The position numbers and the translations under genes were made by a program. A model generated the notes under the pieces. The model searched no databases. It was not told the DNA's origin and saw only the letters and a program-made list of their open reading frames with translations. Positions 54,235 to 64,000 of a DNA stretch of 64,000 nt are shown here, piece by piece. Within the stretch, counting starts at the first letter, position 1. Every line of letters starts with the position of its first letter. This stretch comes from Octopus vulgaris (taxonomy: Eukaryota). The stretch is taken from assembly GCA_951406725.2 (NCBI GenBank), contig OX597834.1, forward strand, positions 29,326,001-29,390,000. The letters run 5' to 3'.

Positions 54235-54847
54235 CATGTATACATATATGTATATACGCATGTATGTATAAACAAATACCAGCATGGACCAAGGATGTTA
54301 AAATGATGCTATATATATACATCTATTAGTCACTCTGTCTGTCCACTCCAAATTGCATTACATTGACCAAAGACGGAGAGACTTAGGGTCATTCATACGT
54401 ACAGAAAGAGGAGGTAACCAAAAAAATGGACTGACCTTGACAATATAGGGGTATCTTTACAGAAAGGATAGAATCAAATAGGCAGAGATGTGGATGAGAC
54501 GAGTGTCCATCAGTGGCCAGATTTACTGGAGTTATGGTGGTGGTCTTAAATAGATTGGCTGGAGAAGGGAGGGGATATCTCTTTGAGCTTGTTTTGATTT
54601 TATAAACTTTAGTAAATCTGACACCTCAGTGAGGTGCAATCAATGAAACAGACAGATGCCCAATGATATAAATATGGCCAAACACTCTGACAAACACAAG
54701 CTGATAGTGTGTTGATCCCTTGCTTGCCGGTTTTCCCCTTTCTTCTTCTTCTTCTTCTTAAAAATTCTTCATTAGTTTTCTTTTGTAGTCTTTTCTTCTC
54801 TTTCTCCTCCTTCACTACTCTCTTATTTTAGTTTTCTTCAGTTTCAT

Positions 54848-55395
<548 letters not shown>

Positions 55396-55864
55396 ACTCT
55401 TATGGTTGCCATTTATTATTGTTGTTGTTGTTGATATGGTTATTGCCCCCTCCCTGTCCGTCCTCTTATCCTGCTCCCCTCCCTCTCCGTCCCAGATTTA
55501 CCTCATCATAATTCAGCCAGCAGCAAGGATTATCTTCTGCAATGGAGCCAAAGTATATAACTGGACATTGAGGCAAATCAAACTGACCACTGGCTGGAAG
55601 AAGTGGATGTAGGGGGGAGGAGGGAAGAGGGTGAAAAAATACAGACAACGGACAGTCAGACGGACAGACAGTGAAAGCAAGAGACAAACAGACAGACAGT
55701 CAGCCAGTCATTCAGGACACTAAAAGACAGATACAGAGAAATGGGAATATGGGGAAGAAGCAGGGTGGGAGTGGGGGGGGATGAAAGTGAATGTATGACA
55801 AGTGACAAACTAGATGCACAAAGAGATGGTGGACAGAGAGAGACAGATACATAAGCAGATGTGT

Positions 55865-55911
<47 letters not shown>

Positions 55912-56027
55912 AGTTTACAGGAAGATTTTATTCAGGCAGATAGAAATACCTACCTATGTACATATGTGGGTGTGTGTGTATATATATATATATATATATT
56001 TAATAATGTATGTGTGTGTATGCATGT

Positions 56028-56098
<71 letters not shown>

Positions 56099-56172
56099 AC
56101 TCTATTTTACATATCAAGGTCTCACTCATTCTTTTGTTGTCATATTAATATATATATATATACACACACATA

Positions 56173-56263
<91 letters not shown>

Positions 56264-56374
56264 CGATAGATAAATAGAAAGTGATATCATCATTAATTTC
56301 AGTGTTCTGCAGCATGCACGTTTGTGTGCACACATGCACACACATGCACACACATGCACACAAACAAAGTGTTC

Positions 56375-56530
56375 CTTTCAACTTCCATCAATGAAATCCA
56401 TGCACAATGCATGGTCAGTCTGGGTGTTATAGTAGAAGACACTTGCCCAAAGTGCCACACAATGGGACTGAACCCAGAACCATGTGGCTGGGAAGCAAGC
56501 TTCTTTACCACACAGCTAATCCTGTACCTG
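56375..56530 (-). mobile_element. SINE family A head
   Basis: atagtagaagacacttgcccaaagtgccacacaatgggactgaacccagaaccatgtgg. Confidence 0.8.
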
Positions 56531-57101
56531 TACGAAGTTCAAACAAGGTGAGTTTAAATGAGAACATTTCGAGGCCTTCATCATTTAGGTCAGTTCATAC
56601 GAAAAGCTTCATACAACATTGTATACTTTCATCTCATTTACCTTTCTCCTCTTCTTCCCATCATCTTTTATGCGGGGGGGGGGGGGGCACCACCAAATTG
56701 TAAACTGTCCTTGTAGTGTCCCCTTGTCTGATGCCCCTGTAGTAAATATGATGTATTGTTTTAGTTCTAATGCCCAATCTCAGACTGAATGATTTACTAA
56801 CAAGGATAACTAAAAAAAATGTTTCTGTCTGTCTGTCTGTCTGTCTGTCTGTATGTATGTATGTATGTATATATGTATGTATGCATGTATGTATGCATGC
56901 ATGAAACATATATTATATGTGTGTTTACATTTTTGTATATATTTCCGTATTTCTGTGTGTGGGCACTTAATGTCTGTGTATGTGAGAGTGTGTATGTGTT
57001 TATTAGCTTTTCTGTGCGCTTATGTGTATCCGTGTGTGTATATGGAAGTACCGCAAAAGTGCACAGACATCTCACCAGAATTATAAAGAGACAGGACAGA
57101 A

Positions 57102-57135
<34 letters not shown>

Positions 57136-57758
57136 CTGGACAAAAGACAAAAGAGACAAACAACTAACCAACAGATAAGTAACCATCCAACCATCTAGAT
57201 AGCCACTCGGCTAGACTATCATCCAATCTAGCCATCCGTCCATCCATTCAGCACCGTCTAACTTAATGGTATGGAAAGATCTAGCCACCACATTAAGGGG
57301 TTTTCCGTTGCTGCTTGTCTATCATTCATTAGGCGGCATCCAACTTATTTCCCTATTTTTCTTTCCATATATTTTATTCTTTTTTATAGTCATTTTTATT
57401 TTTTATTTTATTTATTTATTTATTTATTTTTTTGTTAAATTTTTATCGTATTCTATCTATTTTTCTCTCTCTTCTCTCTCCAGTTCCAGACTGAAATTTG
57501 ATGCCATGATTGATTTCGGAGTTTAGTTGATGGAAGCATAAATCACAATGACTTCTTCCCCGGGCCTTCTTCAACTTTGAGTCATAACGATCACATCAGC
57601 TTCCTCATCCCTCCTATACAACAGCATCTTTCAATGACCTGTCCCAGTTGTTTTGTTGCTGTTATTGTCTGAACGCAAGTCAGCCCACCTTGAGAAGATC
57701 TCTGATCAAAGGCATTCCTGCTTTGACCATCCATCCTTTTATGCTTTTGTCCTTATAT

Positions 57759-58262
57759 TTAGCGCGCCGGGCGAAATGCTTTGCGGTATTTCGTCTGTCG
57801 TTACATTCTGAGTTCAAATTCCGCGGTGGTCAACTTTGCCTTTCATCCTATCGGGGTCGATAAATAAAGTACCAGTTTCGCACTGGGGGCGAGCTGGTAG
57901 AAACGTTAGCACGCCGGCCGAAATTCTTAGCCGTATTTCATCTGTCGTTACGTTCCGAGTTCAAATTCCGTGGTGGTCAACTTTGCCTTTCATCCTTTCG
58001 GGGTCGATAAATAAAGTACCAGTTTCGCACTGGGGGCGAGCTGGTAGAAACGTTAGCACGCCGGCCGAAATTCTTAGCCGTATTTCGTATGTCGTTACTT
58101 CCGAGTTCAAATTCCGCCGAGGTCGACTTTGCCTTTCATCCTTTTGGGGTCGATAAATAAAGTACCAGTTTCGCACTGGCTGCGATATAATCGACTCAAT
58201 CCCTTCGTCTGTCCTTGTTTGTCCCCTCTATGTTTAGCCCCTTTTGGGCAGTAAAGAAATAT
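57759..58262 (+). mobile_element. Head-to-tail trimer of SINE family B (period 146-147 bp)
   Basis: The junction cactggggg|cgagctggtagaaacgttagc occurs at 57881 and 58028; only the third unit has the 3' tail. Confidence 0.92.
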
Positions 58263-58577
58263 ATATTGTTTAACATATTATAAGACTACATTTGTCTAAT
58301 ATATCATCCTCATCATTATTGCTTTAATGCTCACTTTTCCATTCTTGCATGGGTCAGACTGAATTTATTGATGCTCTTCCTGTCACCAGCCCTCACTTGT
58401 TTCCAAATAAGGTAATATTCCTCCTTGGCCAGACATGTTTTCAGGGAAGACGTGAAATGATGGCCACTGCTTCTATAACAATGACACTCGCTTACAACTG
58501 TCACATGATGTCAAAACAAGGAAACAGCAACACAAACACGCACACCTTCACACACATTTACGTACACACGCAAATAT

Positions 58578-58744
58578 AGGCACAGGAGTAGCTGTGTGGT
58601 AAGTAGCTTGTTTACCAACCACATGGTTCCAGGTTCAGTCCCACTGCGTGGCACCTTGGTCAAGTGTCTTCTACTATAGCCTCGGGCTGACCAAAGCCTT
58701 GTGAATGGATTTGGTAGACGGAAACTGAAATGAAGCCCGTCGTA

Positions 58745-58775
<31 letters not shown>

Positions 58776-58899
58776 GCGTGTGTGTGTTTGTGTGTCTGTG
58801 TTTGTCCCTCTAGCATTGCTTGACAACCGATGCTGGTGTGTTTACGTCCCCGTCACTTAGCGGTTTGACAACAGAGACCGTCAGAATAAGTACTGGGCT
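58578..58899 (+). mobile_element. SINE family A, 3'-truncated
   Basis: ggcacaggagtagctgtgtggtaagtagc...gaataagtactgggct. Confidence 0.9.
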
Positions 58900-59378
58900 A
58901 TCTAACTTACTATCTAACTTATTGACTATTTAATGAATTAGCTAACATTAACTATTTCATAAACCTTTTCATTTGTTAACTAAGTTATCAACTCAACAAG
59001 TTATTATTTATCATACTGATTAACTAACAAACTAAATTAACTTAATTATCACTGATTTTATTAACTTGTTTATTAACTAACCAAGATAGTAACTTAGTAA
59101 CAAACATTTTAATAACAATATAAATAAACTACTTTTCAAATAATCATTTTATAAACTACATTGCTTATTTAACTATTTCACTAAATAATAAAAAGAATAG
59201 CTAATTAATTCAGTTAGTTACTTGCCAACAAGCTGAATAATTTATGAGCTGATCTGTTAACAAGATAATTCATTATTAAACGAACTAAGTGAATTAATCT
59301 GGAAGCTAATTCTTTGCTTCCCAACTACAAGCCTTGTGAGTGGATTTGGTGGACAGAAACTGAAAGAAGCCTATCGTA

Positions 59379-59442
<64 letters not shown>

Positions 59443-59445
<3 letters not shown>

Positions 59446-59630
59446 GGAGGGTTTACGAAAAAGCAAAAAACGAAGACAGGTGGTGTACAAAACAAACAGA
59501 TGTATTAGTATAACGCTCAGGAATGAAAAAGTCATTTACGTTTCGAGCCTATGCTCTTCTACAGAAAGGGATACAGAAAAAACAAGGAGAGAAAAAACAT
59601 GTGTGTAGTGGCTAACGATCTATCATGGAG
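59443..59630 (-). mobile_element. Family D repeat nested in the TA tract of an older SINE (59331-59925)
   Basis: Reverse complement of 2549-2732, with host SINE halves on both sides. Confidence 0.8.
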
Positions 59631-60814
59631 ACTATATATATATATATATATATTAGGGGTGTGTGTGTGAACATTTGTGTTTGTATCTCCTTGTCATGAT
59701 ATTGTGTGATAATTGCAAATGAGTGTCACTGTCGTAGAAGCTGTGTCATTCATTTCCAATATTCTGTGAAATCATGTTTGGTGATAGGGAAATTTTACTT
59801 TGCTTGAAAATAGGGAAGGATAGATGACAGGAAGGACATCTTGCTATAGAAAATCTGTCTTAATAAATTCCAGCCAAATCATGGAAGCATTGAAAACTGG
59901 ATATTAAAATGATGATGATGATGATCATGATAACTTACTGTAAAACAATTTAATTAACTTAATAACCCATTATGTAAGTTACTTATTAACAAACAAACTT
60001 AAAAATTAACAAACTATTATATCTAATAATGCATTCATCAAATAATTTATCAAGTGTCTTACTAACTAACTAACTAACAAAGTAATTAACAAAATAATTA
60101 ATTAACTTACCAACTCATTAACTGGCTATTTAAGAAACACAGTGTAATTATCACACTATCACACAAACTATTCTCCCATTCCAGACACGTTTCTTACATG
60201 CGTTTTGCTGAATAAAGCCAGATTATAAAACAATAAAGTGGTTAGGTCGGTGTCCCACTGCATTGTACAAGAAAACTGGTTGAGGAACAGTTGCGGGGTG
60301 AAGTGGTGAGAATGTGACAAGGGATTGGGTAACAAGGCTGGGGGAGGTGGGGTTCACACATCATTGTATAACATGGCTGGAACAGCAGTGGGGTTAGACG
60401 TAACAGGGTCACACACTGTATTGTATAACAAGATTGATTGAAGAACAACAGTAAGGAAATGTCTGTGACGGGAATCCTACCACATTGCATAAATGGATTG
60501 GTGGAAGAGTTTTTAGTGAGGTTAGGTTGGCTCACAAAGTGTAGTGAGATTGCATAGAACCGGATTTGTAGAGGAGGAACATCACTTGGTTGCAGATTGC
60601 AGAATAAATAAAAAGAAGAGGTGGAGAAGGCTGGGAGAGTAAAAAGTAGGAAAGCAGCAAACTCTCTATCATCATCATCATCATCATCAGCATCGTTGAA
60701 ATAACCCTCAACACCACCACCACCATTACCATCATCATCATCATCAAACAGTGGTTTCTAACCATCGTATTCAGTCGCAAATTTGCAAGATGCTGTAAAT
60801 TTTTTCAAGTCCAC

Positions 60815-61990
60815 AAATAAAAAGCAAAGATGACTTCAGCAGAATTTGAACTCAGAATGTAAAGAGCCAAAACTAAATACCAAAATGTATTTTATTTGAT
60901 GTTTTTAGGAATTCTGCTAATACACCACCAACAACAACAGTAATAACCCTTTGGTCTGAAAGTTTCAGAGAGGGACGAGTCACTTGCAGCAACCCCAGCG
61001 TTCAACTATTACTTGATTTAATGAACCTGAAAAGGGTGAAAGACAAAATCGACCGAGGCAGAAATTGAACTCAGAACGTGAAACAGGATGAAATACTGCA
61101 AAGCATCTTGTCCAGTGTGCCAGCTTGTCAATCAGGTTTCTTTACTTTGGCACAAATTACCTCAATGCCAGTCATTTCATTGATTACTTGTTTTATCGAC
61201 TCTGAAAGAATGAAAAACAAAGTCGACCGTGGCAGAACTTGAACTCCAGAACATAAATAAGTGGAAGGAATGATGCTAAGCTTCTTATCCAACATGCTAA
61301 CAGTGCTGCCACCTTAAATTATAATCCTTTCTGCCTATGGGCACAAAGGAGGGTGCTAGTCAATTACATTCACCCCAGTACTCAACTGGTACTTATTTCA
61401 TCAACCCCCAAAAGAATGAAAGGCAAAGTCAATCTTGGTGGAATTTGAACTCATAAAGTAATCATGGACAAAATGTTTCTAATTAATGTGTCTGGGGCAG
61501 TCACGATTCTGTCATCTTGCCACCTTTATAATAACAGTAACAATAATCACAACAACAATAACAAGAACAGTGATTATTTCTAATCCAGGGCACAAGGTCT
61601 CAAATTTAAAGGATGGAGCAGAGTTAATTATATGTAGACCCTAACACATCCTTAGCACTTATTTGATCAGCTCCTGAAGGATCAAAGGTAAAAGTGGCTC
61701 TTGGTCTAAATTACAATTCAGAGCATAAAGGAACATCACTTCAGAACACCAGGCGTTTTGTTGGATGCTCAACCAATTATGCCATAACAACAATACCAGC
61801 AATAAAAAAAAAATATATAATGACATCTAGCAAGGGAAGAATCAATTGAATCAGGCCCCTATTATATGGCCATTTTGTTTTTTATCAAACCCTAAACAGA
61901 TGAAAGGTAAAAATTTGACCCCAACAGAATGTGAACTCAGAATCTACAGGGACCAAACAAAATTGCCACCACATTTCATCCCCAGGCATA
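60815..61990 (-). mobile_element. Cluster of about five or six old family B SINE copies, all on the minus strand
   Basis: Repeated gaaaggatgaaaggcaaagtcgac...gaatttgaactcagaa motifs near 60840, 61060, 61230, 61440, 61700 and 61930. Confidence 0.65.
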
Positions 61991-62209
61991 CGCAGACAGA
62001 AGTTATTGTATGCGGTGTTTCATTCCACTGGGAGGAGAATGCAGGGCTATTTTTCTGGTTCACGACCACCAACTCTACTACGACATGTACAACAATAACA
62101 GCATACCACCTTTAAGCCTGACGAACCTATCACATCTTGTTGTTATTGTTGGGTGTAATTATGTTTTATCTTGCTTTTTGTAAATTTTTGGGAGGGTTTT
62201 ATATATATA

Positions 62210-62271
<62 letters not shown>

Positions 62272-62330
62272 ACATGCACAAACATATGGTTCAGAATATT
62301 AAATAACAAAAAAAAGCTAAATAAATACAA

Positions 62331-62434
<104 letters not shown>

Positions 62435-62694
62435 GATATGTAGAAACAACCACCCATATAAACCTCTTTCGCTCTGAACCCTTTCTGTCTCTGACCCCTT
62501 CTCATCCCCTACTGCAGTAGCCATATTGGAAATATTTAATGGGACAGCTTCAAAGACACCAGCAGAAAATTATCATCTGCAGCTAGTAAAAACATTCTCC
62601 CCCTCTAGAGGAGTGTGACCCTCAACCACCACCACCACCACCACCACTTGGCCAGACTCATTGTTGTGCAATTGGTGATGGTGTTGCTGATGAA

Positions 62695-62730
<36 letters not shown>

Positions 62731-62889
62731 GTTGGTTGTGGTAGGGTCGTTGTTTTAGGTCCTCACAGATGGGCAGCAAGAAAGAGGGTGGGACACAACA
62801 GGAGGATATATATATATATACACATAAATATATGCATGTGAATATATATATATATGTATGTGAATATATATATATATGTATGCATGTGA

Positions 62890-62921
<32 letters not shown>

Positions 62922-63519
62922 ATGTGAATATATATATATATCATCATCATCATCATCATCATTGTTTAGCGTCCGTTTTCCATATATATATATATATATA
63001 TATATTGCCATATATAAATATATATGTATGTGAAAATATATATATATATATAAATATATATGTATGTGAATATATATATGTGTGTGTGTGTGTGAATATA
63101 TATATATATATATATATATACTTATTTTGTCATTTTTTAGTTCTCTTTCCCTACTCCCACTCCACCCCATTACCTCCATTGTCACTCCTACCCCCACTCC
63201 TCATCAGATCCAATTTAACAATAAATTACTTGGTTGATTTGAAAATTCTGGCTTGTTTCCTGTTTTTTTTATTTTATTTATTCATTTATTTATTTATTTA
63301 TTTATTAATTTTTGTTGTGTTTTTTTTCAATAAGCTTATTATTGTTGTTGTTGTTCTTATTGCTTCTTGTTTTTAACTGAACTGATGCTCTTGTTGTTAT
63401 AGTTTTGATTGTTGTTACTGTTATTAGTAACATCATCATCATCATCATCACCATCATCATCAGTGTCATTGCTGTTGTTATTGCTACTGTCAACAATATG
63501 ACATGATGATGATGATGCA

Positions 63520-63552
<33 letters not shown>

Positions 63553-63687
63553 AATGGTTCCCAATTTTGAAGTGCGAGGGTTAGTTGACGAAATCACCTC
63601 CAGTAGTTGAATGGTATTTTAATTTGCTGGATTTGAACTCAGAACATAAAGACCTGAACGATTTACTACATGACAGTTCATCCAACA

Positions 63688-63916
63688 TTAACCCTTTCGT
63701 TACCAACCCGACTGAAACCGGCTCTGGCTCTGTAGTACAAATGTCTTGTTTTCATAAGTTTTGAATTAAAATCTTCCACCAAACCTTAGTCACAATTTAT
63801 GTTCCTAACACAAGCTTAATCATAACTAAGTTATTTTATTAAATTCTTTATTATATTTAAAGTAATTGAAAGAAACACAGAGCATCTCAAAATAGATACA
63901 GTAACGAAAGGGTTAG
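63688..63916. mobile_element. piggyBac-like MITE nested in an old family B SINE
   Basis: TTAA-CCCTTTCGTTAC...GTAACGAAAGGG-TTAG, a perfect 12-bp TIR. Confidence 0.9.
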
Positions 63917-64000
63917 CAATTCTGTGAATCTTCAGTTCTAACATAATTCTTTCTTTTTAAAAGACACAAAGTCTGAAATTTTGTGGGAGGAGCCTAGTCA

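Overview
Eukaryotic, AT-rich DNA saturated with microsatellites. The repeat families look like those of an octopod (Octopus-type) genome; this is an inference from repeat style, not a database result. The window lies inside one large gene on the minus strand, an aryl hydrocarbon receptor (AhR/spineless, bHLH-PAS). Three coding exons splice in frame (19035-18938, 12290-12201, 10366-10231) and cover the linker and PAS-A region. I found neither the bHLH exon nor the later PAS exons, so the flanking introns are at least 45 kb and 10 kb. The rest is intronic: tRNA-derived SINE families, RTE, Tx1/L1 and RLE-type LINE fragments, a decayed DD37D (maT) transposon, TTAA- and TA-flanked MITEs, a Helitron 3' end, a tRNA-Glu pseudogene and simple repeats. 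Almost all ORFs in the supplied track are microsatellite artefacts. The most interesting signals are several hammerhead-ribozyme-like motifs in Penelope-type repeats (one with an intact core, in the AhR sense orientation), an 83-bp perfect inverted repeat, a Tc1-like MITE carrying a SINE fragment, a SINE trimer and a NAGNAG acceptor on an AhR exon. No clearly new multi-gene system is evident.
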